64,000 nucleotides of DNA from positions 3,374,061 through 3,438,060 of the forward strand of contig MU006089.1 in NCBI GenBank assembly GCA_010093705.1. The letters are read 5' to 3'. A program made the position numbers and the translations under genes. Of this stretch, positions 1 to 13,840 are shown piece after piece (the first letter of the stretch is position 1; every line of letters begins with the position of its first letter). This DNA is from Patellaria atrata CBS 101060 (lineage: Eukaryota). The notes beneath the pieces were generated by a model. That model did not search any database, was not told the DNA's origin, and saw only the letters and a list, made by a program, of their open reading frames with translations.

Positions 1-2
1 CG

Positions 3-953
3 CCCAAGCGAAGGAACTGTTGCGGAACCGTCGTCCACACTCCCAACTCCTCCCGCTTCGCAAACCATTTCCACAGCCGAATCCTGCAAAAATTCCCCTT
101 CCTGATCGAAATGTTCTACTGGATCGTGAACTTTGGCTTCTACGCCTGCACACGGGCCATGACAGAGGTCATATTCGTCAAGGAGAAAGTCTGGGACATC
201 GCCCAAGACCATGGCACCGGCGTATTAACCATCGAACACGAATCCTTCTTCTCGATCTTCTTTCCCATACACGAAGTTAGCTTCCAGCAATGGTTTATGA
301 ACGGTCACACCTCCCTACTCACCTTCCTCAACCGCATTTACTCGCTCATCCACATCCCCGGCACCGTCGGCTTCATCGCCTGGTACTATTACGTTGCGCC
401 CAACCACGGTACCTTCGCCATTGCGCGAAGAACAATGACACTGACCAACTTCATTGCCTTCACCACTTTTACCCTCTGGCCCACTATGCCGCCTCGGTTG
501 TTACCGAAGGAATACGGCTTCTACGACACCGTACACCACGAGAACGCAGAGAGCGTCTGGGTTCAAGGAAAATACGTCAACTCCCTCGGTGCAATGCCCT
601 CTCTGCATTTCGGCTACGCCTTCTGCATCGGTGCCGGCATGATATACCACTCCGGCATCTTCCGCCGCACCTTGAAAAAAGGCGAATCCGTCAAGTCGAA
701 AATAGGCAAAATTCTCTATGTCGCCGGTGGTATTGCGTATCCGACTATGGTCTTAGTCGTGATCATCGCGACGGCAAATCACTATTGGCTCGATGCGGTT
801 GCCGCCACGTTTGTGGTCCTGCTGAGTTATATGTGTAATAGAGTCTTTTTGATCCTCTTACCGCTGGAGGATCTGTTGCTCTGGTGTTTGAGGCTGGAAA
901 AGCCGATTCCGAGTACAGGGGAGAGGTTCCATAAAAGGGGCGGGAGGATATGA
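3..953 (+). CDS. PAP2/AUR1 (IPC synthase-like) family integral membrane protein, 5' partial
   Basis: The frame is open from base 3 (PKRRNCCG...FPFLIEMFYW). Several hydrophobic helices are present. Motifs MPPRLLP, AMPSLHFGYA and TANHYWLDA are typical of PAP2_3/AUR1-like proteins. Confidence 0.8.
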   Translation, partial: PKRRNCCGTVVHTPNSSRFANHFHSRILQKFPFLIEMFYWIVNFGFYACTRAMTEVIFVKEKVWDIAQDHGTGVLTIEHESFFSIFFPIHEVSFQQWFMNGHTSLLTFLNRIYSLIHIPGTVGFIAWYYYVAPNHGTFAIARRTMTLTNFIAFTTFTLWPTMPPRLLPKEYGFYDTVHHENAESVWVQGKYVNSLGAMPSLHFGYAFCIGAGMIYHSGIFRRTLKKGESVKSKIGKILYVAGGIAYPTMVLVVIIATANHYWLDAVAATFVVLLSYMCNRVFLILLPLEDLLLWCLRLEKPIPSTGERFHKRGGRI

Positions 954-1607
954 TTTTGAAAATGCCTTGACTTCTATAGGGGATATGGGGGAATGAGCGA
1001 ACGTTCTTAATATTTTTACCATGGGAGCATAGGGGTCACAGCTGTCTTGTACTGTATATATTTAGGGGCTATCGGTACGGCGTATTCTGTTAGCCATAGA
1101 ATGTAATAAGCATCTACACCTCCCTCTCTGAAGTGGGGAAATCAGTATCTTAATCACTCTTCAGATTCCACATTATCCCGTTCGACTATGTTACATTGCC
1201 CATCCCATCTTCCCATATCGCCATCAGACATCCCAACCCAGCTAACCGCCAAACACCACATATGCTCTCTTCACGCCTTGGAAAAAGCGAAAAACCCCAC
1301 GTAGAAAATCGATGGTACTGGATAAGATTAAGCCGCCAGATGATTGTATAGACGGTGCAAAGCAAAGCCCCAACGCCACGCTCGCGAAAAGGAAGATGAG
1401 ATTGTTATCAGAAGAAAATGAAAGGAAAGGGGGTGAGAGAGTAAGCGGGAAAAAGGAGATCTAGCGACGTAAGGAAAAGACGTAGACTAAGGTAGTGTGG
1501 TATCAAACTCTGGAACAAAATGACAAGCCGATGACAAAGGAAAAATCAAGGGAGATAGGGAAAAACGTCAACCGCGGGATCCACACGACGTTTTGGGTAG
1601 AAGAAAA

Positions 1608-4600
1608 TTAATATCTCAGCTTCCCAAGCAAAGAAAAGGAATAAGCAGCCTCTCTTTCCGTCTTCGTCTGCAAAGCCGTCAGCATCTCTCACTCATATAA
1701 ATCTCCTAAAAGTAAAGAAACTCACTTGTATCATATAAACCCTTGCCCTCGCGCCACTAACGCCGCCAGTCTTGCCCACGGTGCCCACAATTCCCTCCGG
1801 CCCCATACAATCCTCCCATACAGAGACCGCGATCCCCGTCCTGGCCACTCTCTCAAAACTACTCTCCCCGAGCGTGACATCGAGCAATGTCTCTCCCTTC
1901 GTCTTACCGAGTACAACGATGCGCTTCTGGCCCTGGCTATTGGTCCCAGGGGAGCCGGGTACCACGGCGCCGGCTGTGCGTGAAGGAGTCGAGGTCGAAG
2001 GCATCAAGATCGAGAGACGCGCGGACCCCATATCGCGCCATTTATTCCCCGATTCACGGACGTAAAGCCTGATTTTGGTATTAGTGATACCGAGCGGCAT
2101 AGGCGGCGGGGCGTTTGCAGAAGTAGACGCTCTCGGTGTGCTGGTGCCGCTGGCTGATCCCGACCCGGAACCGCCGGAGAACATGCTGTCGCCGGACCCG
2201 ATGCTGCGGCTGCCTTCGCGGGAGGTGATGGTGCTCCTGGCGACGTTGAAGATACCGCCGGATGTGAAGCGTCGGAGCGCGGAGAAGGCCGTCTGCATGG
2301 TGCCGACGGAGCTGTCGCTGGCGGCTGTGGTGCTGGCGGCGCGGTGGGAGGAGGCGCGGTAACTGCGGCTACGGGAGAGAGTGCCCCACCAGCTTCCTGT
2401 AGAGCCGCTAGTAGAGCGGGTGGCGTTGCGGCGGTCCATGGTTGCTCCCCAGGTGTTTTCGGCGTATGAACCGCGGGCATTTTGCAGGGCAATATAGGTG
2501 ATGTTGTTGATGCGGGATTGGTTGATGAGCTGGTATAGCGCTTCGCATTCTTCTGGAGAGCGGCTGCGGAACATGATGTTTGAAGAGGAAGCGAGCTTAG
2601 AGTTTGAGGTCGGAGGAGAGCGGATGGAGATGTCCAGGGCAGTACCTCTCCGCAGAGGAACTAGTGGTGTAAGTTCAACTGCAACTAATGGGCGTTCCGG
2701 TTTAGTGTCAGTTCCTGTCTCTTGGCTTGGGGGTGGCTTCGAATGATTGGCGCCCATTTCGAATGCTTCGATGAGACCGGGGGTGATCACAATACTACAC
2801 TCCTCGGGGTGGAGCTGTTCCCACATGCCCTTGTCAGACCACGAGAATATGCAAGCAATCGCTTTTGTCATCTTGCCACTATTGGCTGGTACAGTTCGGT
2901 AAGGAGATTGAGAGGCTGATTGTGAGGGAGACAATGTCCCATTACCAAGAGTATAGAGGGAATTAGGTGGTGATACCTTGCGAGGCTGGATTGGCGGAAG
3001 AGGACCAAGGATTGAGACATCTTCCTCTATGTCATCTTCCGACGACTCAGAAGTTGTACTATAATCATTTTCGTAAAAGGACTCATCACTTTCCTCCGAG
3101 GCGGATGTTTCTGTAGCCGTCGATGGTTCATACTCATGCTTGAGTGGTGAGGACGACCGTCTGTGCTGTTTCCATGCTGGGGTAAATTGCGGTGTGTTAG
3201 AGCTTTTCAGTTCTCCCGCATTTGAAGGACGGTGCGGTGGTGGAACTGGGGGCTTGTCCTCTTTCTTAATCGGTGTCTTCGAACTTTCAATAGACTTTTG
3301 CAGTTTTGGAGGCGCTGACATCGGGGTGTCCTTCAGAGGCCGTTTTTGGACAAAATCAAGCTCCTTGTGAGCTGATGACGACTCATTCACTGGAGTGATT
3401 GGCTGACTAGTCTTTCGCAGTTTAGGTATAGTTGGAAGATCTAAAGATGGTACTGTAGAGGTTCTACGATGAGGTTGAGGTCGAACTGGTTTCCTTGGAG
3501 TGACATCTTCGTCATCACCCTCCTGCTCTTCCTCGTCGTTCTCAACGTCTGATGGTGGGAACCATACGCTATAGCTTTTACCCGATGAAAGAGTTGATGA
3601 TCCCGTAGTTGAAGAGCCGGTAACTGAAGACCCGATAGTTGAAAATCCAGTCGTAGAAGGAGGTGCTGAATCTGCTCGATCCTGACGGGGCATCATAGGT
3701 TTCGATTTGACTCTGTCCTCATGGTCTTTTACTGGGGTGTGATCATTCGAACCTCTTAGAGAACCCGATGTAGGTGACGGTGTGTTACGGTATCTCCTAG
3801 CTCTTGTACGCTTCAAAGTTGTGGGGGATCCTGTTCCTGCTAGCATCATAGCTTCATTCAAGCTACGCGGCGTAGACACAGTACCACTATCTGGGCGGCT
3901 TGTTCTGCGGGATGATCTTCTATGTTGAGTTTTATCGTCCCTAGACAAGGGTTCGATCGGGGATGGGGGAGAGTCTGCGATTCCATATTCTTCGCCATCA
4001 TATCTAGGAGTTTCTTGACTTTGCGGGCTGGTAGGAGAAACATCCATTGATCTTCTTCGTATGTCATCTTTCTCAGGGGTTTCAGTGCCCCAAGTCTTTG
4101 CGGTAGATTGCGCAGGTTCTCCGATAGGTACCTGAACCTCTCTTGGGCTAGGGGTCCGACTCTTCATCGAGGTAGTCGGACTACTGGTTACTATAGCGAG
4201 AGAATCTCCCTGTTTACTCTTAGGTCTGATCTTCTTGTTCATAAAGCTTTGAGCACGTGTAAGCCTGGGTGGTACTGGGTTCGAGCCTAGCATTTTAATC
4301 CAATCCATAACTGTCTGATCGTCATTAGATTTCAGTGTTAATAATTCATGCCATTCCTGTCCCGCAGAATGAAGGCCTCGAATCATGGCCACCAATTCGT
4401 AATTAGAGTTACCGGCACGAGCTGAGATTCGACTAAGTTGAATAGGAGGGAAGAACAGACAACGTCCTTTGTCACCAACTTCACACAGCAATACATCTCC
4501 ACTTGATCCACGATCAGGAGCATCGTCTCGGAGAACAAGTTCGACTCTACAGTCTATTTCTTGGCCGCTGGAATGCAATATGTGCAAGTCGAAGGGATCT

Positions 4601-7386
4601 CTTGCTTTGACATGTCTAAAGGGATCGATCAAAACACCTTGTACTGGTGCAAGACTTTTGGGGTCCCTTGCTCTAGTGGTATCAATATTAGCGGCGGCAT
4701 CGTCCTCTAGCCTAGCACGTTCATCGTCTTGACGTTGTCGAGCAGCGAGGAATAGAGCTTGGTACTCATTCGAGACGGCTTCTGCCTTACTAGAATAGCG
4801 AATGAAATTGATTCCCCTGAACGTCTTAGAAAGGAACTTCAATCGCACCAGTGGTCGTTTTAGGAGATATGCAACGTCCACTCGTTCCCCTAACGAATCG
4901 AGGATATCGCCATGTTCATTACGGGGAAGACCAGCGTCCCACGCACCAGTTTCTGAGTCTTTGGACACGTTATCTTCAGACGCGGGCGCGAGACTAATGA
5001 CGACATCTTGAAAACCGAGACGCCATGCCTTGAGATAATCATTGTAGGATCTTTGCGCGGTCTGAGCCCATGAGAGTAAAGCATCCACATCTGAAGTTGG
5101 GATACGTTTGTGCAATGATTTAAGACGTTCGAGTGCAATACCCATATCGACGATGGGCTTGGTCACGTTCGGATCATCCTTATCCTTTAGTGTTCGACTG
5201 AATAGCCCAGCAGCAACGGCAGAGTCAGATTTGGACAACACACAAGTAAGAAGTACTGGAATAACACCGTCAACTAGTGTTCTCAACTCACGCATGTACT
5301 TCTGTTCATCCGAAGCAAGTTCAGCCAAAAGGTCATCAACAGTCGCTGTGGCAAGCCGACTGCGGTTCGTCCGAATACTTCGAGCAGACACGATACTCTT
5401 ACCTCCAGCTTTTGGTATCGATAAAACTGATATTAAATCCGCATCCGATGCCATGCGACTTCCTGAACTCCGTTTCCTTTTGATGAAGGAGGGAGTATAA
5501 TGCATATCTCTGCTATCTCCACTTTCTAGCGTGGTGTCTTCAGCTATGATGGCAGTTAGTTGAGCAGTACGCTCGCTGCCATCAGATATAAACGAGGGAG
5601 CAAGATTAGGTTTAGATTGAAAGGTCTCTACTGAAACAATGGTAGAAAGGCGTTTACCAGTAGAGGGGAACTGTCTCTTGAATGGAAGATCGTTGCGTCG
5701 AAGATCGCAGTTGATAGATGGGACATCGATCGTTAAAGGATCAACTGAAGAGGAAGGCGCTGAAGAACTACAGTCATCTTCTCCCGTGATCGTATTTTGA
5801 TCGTATCTATACTTGGTTGGTTGGGATGTTTTCTTCGCTCCACGACGTCTCAATGTCGGTGTGGTTGGGCTCTCTACTGCAAATTCATCCGTAACGGGCT
5901 CGAAGTTTACAATGGAAGAATCACCAGTTTGATCATCAACGGTGGTATTTATCTCGGTGACCGTTTCTGGGCTTTTAGTGCGCCTCCTTCTGTTATGTCG
6001 TTGATCTTTTGAAGACTCTCTAGAGTGGAGAGCTTTGGAAACGAGTTGATTCTCCTCGCATGCGGTGTCGGGAGGCTGTAGCTCATTCTGTTTGGAATCA
6101 TTCCTCTTGCTTTCTTTATTATTTATTTTTGAATCATCCTCAACGAAGGGATCCGGGGTACTCCCAAGCCATGCTTCAACTCTGTTACTATATATCTTGG
6201 GTCCAGACTCGGCAATAGGTTGAGCTGGATTGTCATCAGATCGATTTTCTAATTGCTTGTGCCTCTGAGATTTCCTACGTGAAGTTCGTGGCTCGTCTGT
6301 AGTTTCGAATCTCGGTGATGATTTTTCTTCAGGCATGTTGTAGTCTTCCCCTCGACTTGGGCGACGTCTTCTACGAGATTTAAAATCGTCCGGCACATCT
6401 AAATTAGGTGAATGTTCCGGGTCGGTTATCGTGTCTTCTAAGTCGTCGGTAGACTTTTCTCGGATACGACGTTTTGATCTCCGTTTCGCAAAGGCATCTT
6501 CCTCGACAAGAACAAGGATCTCGTCACTCGAAGAAGCATCCCGACTTTTCCGGTTATGCTTATTCTTTGAGCTGTAAACTTGGTGGGGGCTAGGTGTCCT
6601 GATAGTAATAGGCTCTCCATCAATATCAGTAGCAGAGGACTGTCCCAGAGAGTTCTTTTCCTTTTCTTCGCCCCCACTACCATATTTCTGAACAGATTTA
6701 CGTCGACCAGTAACCGGATTCTCCATTGCAAGAACCTGGGCACCCGTTTGGACTAATGACTTAATCGGAGCTGGAATCTGAGGTTTTGCTTTTGACTTTT
6801 CCTTTTCCTTTTCATTCTCCTTGTCTTTTGTCTTGCTATCCGATAACTGTTTGACCGACGGCCGGACCCATGCAGTCGGACGACTTTTAGCAGTCCCCGC
6901 CCCAGTGCGCACGCCTTCATTCTTGGGAGGGGATTGTGATTGCTGTTTTCTCCAGTGCGAGTCGCTTACCACCCTTTTCTTCGGCGCACTAGCCATTCTT
7001 AAGTCCTCGTCCAGCTCATTATGTCTCGGTTTACGAGAAGTGTTTGGAACCTTCTTGCGCTCCGTATCTGAGCCGTTATCTTCCTGTTTTGCTGGTGACG
7101 CAGATATATCCTTTGAGTTGGGGGTTTCTGGAGCTTCCACAAGTTCTTTCGCTACAACAACCCTCTCCTTATCACTGCCCGGACTGGGTTCAGTGTTAAC
7201 AGTCACAGGGAGGGCTAGTGTCTGCCATTGAAGGACCTTATTCTTGACAAATGCGGTGTCATGTACACCGTTCGAGTTCCCGAGACCGAGTTCTTTCGCT
7301 GTCGGGGTCCTCGCCTTTGAAGGTGTGCCATCCTTATCGCGTTTCGTGGACGTACGACGATCTTGGGGAGTAGCGGCGGCTGGCAT
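1608..7386 (-). CDS. Large (~1900 aa) fungal protein with disordered N-terminus, central DH(RhoGEF)-like helical region and C-terminal PH-like regions
   Basis: 1897-aa ORF. ELASDEQKYMRELRTLVDGVIPVLL and YLLKRPLVRLKFL resemble DH-like segments. Intron 1725-1668 (GTGAG..GCTGAC..CAG) adds a last exon TKTEREAAYSFSLLGKLRY* ending at 1608. Confidence 0.75.
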
Positions 7387-8320
7387 GAGTGCCTAAATCA
7401 TGCAATCATGTCAGTCAACGGTGTATCGAATTTTGTGAGCGTTAAAACATCTGGGTTCTGCGGCTCGATTTTTGAAGATGTTTGTTTACAAACCTGTGGG
7501 AAAGCGGCATATGCGCCGGCTTCTGAATCACCTCAAAGCTCGAAAGAATGCGATTGCTGAGAACTTGAATATTACTGATTCATACTGTCCGAGGCCGGCG
7601 TTCTGAGTTGAATGAGTGAAAAAGAAGCGTGGTGAGTACTGAATAGCACAAGTTGATGGTTGCTGGAGAAGCAGTCGGGCGAATGATACGATAACACCAC
7701 CCGAAGTTGAGGGTCCCTGATCGGGAGTTGCGCAATCAACTTCGGATCGACTCAATTCTTGGAATCGGTATTACTCGGTCTGGATGGAGTAATGCACACA
7801 TCAAGTAGTTGGGATAGAGAGAGGTTGTATGTGATTCAGTTTTCAAAGGCGAATTCATGAAGTGTAACTACATTATTACTACGACCACCTTGCTCAGTTG
7901 TTGGACGGCATTTGTTTGTTTTTGGATGGAAACTTGGATCTTTCTCACCACTCCAGGGCTGAAGCGAACGAATCGCGCCACAACAAACCAAAGCTTTATC
8001 TCAACCGCGATGCCATTTAGCGGAGATCCCTGTGGGTTAAATATCTAACCCTATTATTATTCTCCTATTACTATTGGTGTCCCATACCTCAACAATACAT
8101 TAGATGAAGTAGTTTAATCAGGCTTTTCAGGAATTGCCTCTTATCATTTTGTATGTACAGTACACTCCATTACTCAGATGAATCTCCACGTTTTTATCAC
8201 CCTATTACCACTCCGATCAATATATGCCCAGAATTCAAAGCTCGATGATAGGTCTTTCCAACTACTGATTCGCAAAAGGTTAGGAAGTTCACCATCCTAT
8301 TCAACTCTCAAGCTTTCTGT

Positions 8321-9288
8321 TCAGAGTGACTTCTTCGCGGAGCCGTTCGAGTTCAGGGTTCGTTCCATTCGACTCAAGCCCCGGAATGCTCGTGCTGTAG
8401 CCGTCACACTATTTGTGAGTAGTACTACCTCAGTCAGCTTCCTGTTGATATCCATTTTGGTTCTAGAACTATTCAACATACTGCCTGGTATTACGATCCA
8501 GAACGCATTCATGAGGATAAAGTATACCCAGTAGTAGTATGATTCCGGCCTGCAATAGGTCTTCTGGTAAAACCAGTGGTCGAAGGTTGCCGTGCCATAA
8601 TAAAGAACATCTCCGTATATTTGACCGAGTGATACGATTGCCTGGAAGGGATATCTATATGGTGATGCTTTGATGATCATAGCAGCAACGGCGAACGACA
8701 GTGGGCCCCAGGTAACCTATGAAAACGAAAGCCGAGATTAGCAACTGCTGACGCGACAAAGTGTACATATCCGATTGAGGCATTCCCACAGCAGTAATGG
8801 TCTCCATGCAGAGTACGAATGGATCTTGGGTCAAATAACGCGAATCGGAGAGTGCATACTCCTTCCAAAGCTGTCCAAACAGATTCTGAAGGCTGCCCAT
8901 ATCCTTATAGTTGTATACGTAGAACCCTTGAGAGGTGTTAGATCGTGTTCTAGTCGAATGCTCTCTAAGCGGTACCTTCAAAGAATAAGTGGATAGATCC
9001 CGCTACAATCATCTAGTTAGTTCCGAACGTAAATAAATCATACTCTTCAAGAAACTTACAGAGGACGAACCACATAATGGTAATTAGATCTGGTGTGGAG
9101 ATTTGAGGACGAATTCTTGTAGCGACAATATATGCGACTGAAAAGATAGCTGTACATCCTGATGCAAATAAGAAGAGCAGGGTTGGAACACCCCATTCGT
9201 TTGCAAGGTATCCAGCAATCTGAATTTCAAGAGGATAGTAAGGGTGAGGAGGGGTCGGAATGCCCACTCCATCCGGTATGACCTTCAT
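8321..9288 (-). CDS. Emopamil-binding protein (EBP) family sterol delta8-delta7 isomerase-like
   Basis: Spliced product HPYYPL...WFVLCGSIHLFFEG.F...LFGQLWKEYALSDSRY...VLCMETITA...GQIYGDVLYY...YFILMNAFWIVIP. Introns include 9059-9003, 8975-8927 and 8481-8425. Confidence 0.9.
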
Positions 9289-12200
9289 TGCTAATTGATT
9301 GATATTCACGAGCCCTAGGGGTGATTCACTAGTTGTACTGTTGAGTTGGAAGTATAAACTTTCTTATGTCGAGATCGGATGGGCTAGGAGTCGCGCCAAG
9401 GGATCACCAAGTCGCGTTCCGATCTGCAAGGGCTCCCATCTATAGATAATCAGCTCCAGAAAATCATATCGCATTTTACTCCAACCTCATCCTACTATCA
9501 ACTTAAAGATCCGTTCTACTATCGCGCTGTTTTACGCTCCGCGTACTCGAGAATGACTAGGCTACATTCTCGGTTTCGATCATAACGCTAGACCTGGAAT
9601 TGGCGAGACCTATATGGAGTGTGTCAGATCTGTTACCTATATAGACCTTGAAATCCGCCTTACACAATACACGTAAGCATAGACATGATGTATGGTATAG
9701 CTTAATGCTCTATAATGGCCTACCCAAGGATAAACTTATTATACAGTATGATTTACAATTCAGGACTAACTCTTCTCAGCAGAGATATATGACGCGTCTT
9801 TACGATTGAGGTACACAAAGTGCCACTTCTTTCCATTCCTCCTCTTCGCCGCGTACGTTATTGATGCTAACACACCTCATTTAAAATTTCAATGAACGAA
9901 GAGACGAACTTGCTAAAAGAGCATTGCGTGCAATCCAACATACAAGAGGCACATATCGATATCTCTCAGCAAAGTCTTGGTTAAGAGGATGACGATGTAA
10001 CCAAGCTAGCATGACATCAGCGTGTATTTCATATTCAAAGGTGGCAAGATGAATTGATTATTATTCTTCGAACTTGAGGTATATGAAACAATAGGTATTA
10101 GATTCATGACAGTCACGAACATGACAATAATCGTAATCTCTCTGCAGCATCGCTGACATTAAGCTTACCTAACTTCGCGAATAGGCAACCGGGATTATCA
10201 GCGTCTTCCAAAGGAACCTCTATTTCGGGGTTTCGTAATCCTGAAACCAGAACATTACATACAACCTCATGTCTACTACGAATCCACTGTTCTCGAGTAG
10301 TCCTTTGTGTATCTGTTTATGATCCGTCTTATCAGGTGTATATTTTATATCTAAGTCATTACTATCGCTTCCCGTTGCCTATAACATCGCTGGTTTTTAG
10401 AGATCTAGAAGAAAAAGACGTATTGTTTTATTTCACAACACATAAAACCCTTTATAATGGACCGGTCAACTGGGACCTGGATATGTATAGCAATCCTCAT
10501 AGGGGTGCTAGCCTAGTACGGAGAAGATATCCACTGTCCCACTCGTGTGTTCTCCCAGTCTATTACCATGATCATGTGCGCGCCTTGGACCCAAATATTG
10601 AAACTCTGAGTCTTCACTATGTTTCAAGAATTCCTACCGGTTTTATTAGTAGAGGCCGTGTCTAAGACATCCAGAACTACGTCAGGAACTGGAATCCAAT
10701 CCTTGGACCGACCATGGCACGATCCACCAATCAAAGCTAGAATTGATAGCGCCTTGGAGGCAAGTACGCCGATTATACAACCTATGTAGGTTGTTAGCTC
10801 TCCTATCAGTTTACCATATCATACTTTGTGAACAAAGTCATCTAAAAGGATGGCTCGAGAAGTATTTAGGTCCCACTTAACTATCATAGTATTGACATAC
10901 TATGTTAATGTTCACGAAAGCTCAGTGTGTTGATATATATAAACACGCATAGGCCCCTAGCTGTTCACTTAGCTTCGTCCTCGCGGATGAATAAGCCGCT
11001 TAACCTCCTCCTGCACGCAATTTTCTTCTACAACCAAAGAGAAAGTTAACAGGGAGTCATCGATTGTGTCATAGTTCTAACAACATGTATTCTCTTCACG
11101 CCTTTTCGTCGCGAGGCACGGCGAAACACATATTTACATTTTGGTTAACAGCCGTTCGGTCGATTGGAAGTTTCAGAGGCACCTCCTGCATTGCAGACCC
11201 ATGATTATTTACTTTTGGATCACCAGCTGAAATACACCTGAAGGCCATGGGAGCTAATATTAAATTCTTTAACTATTGTTTTCCGTTCCTGGAAGGACAG
11301 GAATTTTTAAACGATGCTAGACAAGGGACTGCATCGTTATTCAGTTTAGGATCTGCAATGCCAGGATATTTTCGGATGTACAAGTGCTGTAGGCGAACTC
11401 GTTAAACCTTACAGTCGGGAATCCTTCTCTTGTCGTCGTAAGTTCTGCCTTTAAGTGTACCATCAACTTTTGAACATGTTCTTGACTCCACACTATCCAG
11501 ACTCGGACTGCATAACCGCCTGGAACTGTACAAAAGTCTCAAAGATCCGGACTACGGCGCTCAAACCAATCGTCCGGGCTAAGCAGTACGCCAATACTTG
11601 TACAGCAAGCGTACACTAGCTCTGAAGTACCTTGTCGTCACAGAGGACGGGAGGACATACAAGTCACTAATGTTACTGCGGTTAAGTAGACCGCTTAAGG
11701 CTGATTAATTACCTTACCTAGTCACAATATCGTGGAACCGGCAGCGCCGTTGACGAGATCTTCGCAGCAGTCTTGGAGATACCTCGCAAACTCTTCAACT
11801 TACGGCACAACCCACATATGTCATTCATTGGAAATCATTAACTGCCTTAAGAGACCGATCTAATATCGCTCTCAATCCCAAGGCACTAGGAAAAAACTTA
11901 TTGATATCGATCCGAATTCTTTGTCTGAGATACTATCTAGTATACAAGACGCTAGCGCAGCCACCGCAGCAAGTCGTCAAATCATGCATATCTCGTTGAT
12001 TGTAGCCGCAGACGCTCTTCGATTACCATAGTATTTCTGTGGTATTCTTTTCGAAGCAGCTTCTCGTGAAACTTTATGGGCTCAAGTTACAAACCTTCTT
12101 GTAGTAAGTGGATCGTTAACCTAGAATGCCATGACGAGGGAGAGGTGGTATCTCAATGTTTGTCCTCACGACGTCCCACCCTACATCGTGATAAATCAAC

Positions 12201-13417
12201 ATAACGGAAGGATGACCGGAAAGATCGAAGAATATTCTTGATTGGTAACAACATAGTAATCGGATCAAGTTGTCCCGTCTTAATGTTTATGACCTGGCTT
12301 CTTTTGACTATGTAGGACGATGCCTCTAATTCCTGCTTACTAATATTACTTTCAAGGCTTCTCAGTATCGTGTCATGCATCGCGAAGTTCAAGATGATTC
12401 GAGGCTTATCGAGATCTATCGACATACTATATCGTCCATATGAAAATGGCTAAAATGTTGTTTTATGTCTCAGGCTTCTTTACCGGCCTATTAAGGCACG
12501 CTGTCTTAACAAGCAACAACCCAAATAGACTAATCAACCGTTTATAAGGTTTGTTTGCATCCTTTCTAAACTAGTTTCTTCTATCTTCAATCTTTACTAA
12601 GAATCCCGTCAGGTACATCGATCATGATAATTCCACCCACAACCATTGTAGTTCTTCTAAAAACGCCTCCGAAATCTAGACCAGTCACGTAGTATTCTTT
12701 CGTTCCATCGCTCAATTCAGTAGAAGATAATCTTGGCCCCTACTCATAATACCACCAACACCGTATACGTCCAACTGGTTATCACTTGTCGTCAGTTTAA
12801 GGTGCAGTTTCCCCTGCTGAGGCTCATCCGCATGCAATCAACCATGACCCCACTGTAGGGCTGCATACGTAGAGTACAGTCATCCACCCACCTTTGGACA
12901 TAATCCACACTTGTCTCTATTACTCCAGCGCCGAAATGTGCCTGTGGTGGCGCCGTCATCAACCCGGATTCCGTTTGGCCCCCTCGTGGGCCCCCTGCGG
13001 ACCCTTCAGCTGAATGGGTACGTTCCGGGAAGCCATTTGCGAAATATAGTCTTCGATTATCGCCACTGAACCGGTAAGACGGGTAACCAAGAGACGCTAC
13101 TGGACATACGTTCATGATATCGGAGGATTCCAGATCGATCATGTACAGGGGAGTTTGGGGGATATAGCGGTGTCGAGGTGTCAAGGCGTACGGAGCCGGG
13201 TAAGAAAGCAAGAAGAGTAAAAGCGAATGAATGAGTATATATATCTTCGTCTCCGTTACCATCAAGAACTATTCCAGAGCATCAGTCACAGCAAATTCAT
13301 TCAAAACACAGTCTTCCACAATCCAACACTTTTATCTTCCATATAATCAACAACGGTACTACCTTTAAAAGCCTATACCATCTCTACGATCTACCTATAC
13401 CCCACAAACCCAACACC

Positions 13418-13840
13418 ATGTCATCCAACCAATCTCAAAGCGGCAAGGGCAACCAAAGCGGGCAACAGGGCCAAGACAAAGTGAACCCCTACCCCCTCCC
13501 CTACGCCCCATTCCCCTATCCTCTCCCAGCAAATGTACGTATGAAGTCTATGCAAGCTGCACAGCGCGTCCTCCCACCTCCCCCCGCGGAACAAGCATCA
13601 CAACAAGCTCCCGCACAACCCGCACTTCCCCCTGAGCTCGCACCGCGATCAGCGGAACAAGCTCAGCCAAGCTCCTCTCATCTTACATCGTCCCCTCCCC
13701 TTGAATCGTCCTCCGCGGTCGAGGGTTCGGCTGCGTCCGACCAGCAGCGGCAATGTGGTTCTTCTGGCTCACCAACTGAACAGCAGCAGGGCGGCAAAAA
13801 CAATTCCGGTAACCAACAAGGCGGCAAGAAGAGCGGTTAG
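13418..13840 (+). CDS. Small Q/S/P/G-rich hypothetical protein (140 aa)
   Basis: Good CACCATG start context, an A/C-rich leader and a coherent low-complexity ORF. No recognisable domain. Confidence 0.55.
   Translation: MSSNQSQSGKGNQSGQQGQDKVNPYPLPYAPFPYPLPANVRMKSMQAAQRVLPPPPAEQASQQAPAQPALPPELAPRSAEQAQPSSSHLTSSPPLESSSAVEGSAASDQQRQCGSSGSPTEQQQGGKNNSGNQQGGKKSG

Noticed and set aside
12792..13265. 157-aa minus-strand ORF divergent from the 13418 gene
   Set aside because: No recognisable motif, and it overlaps the probable promoter of the neighbouring gene, so it cannot be supported as a gene.
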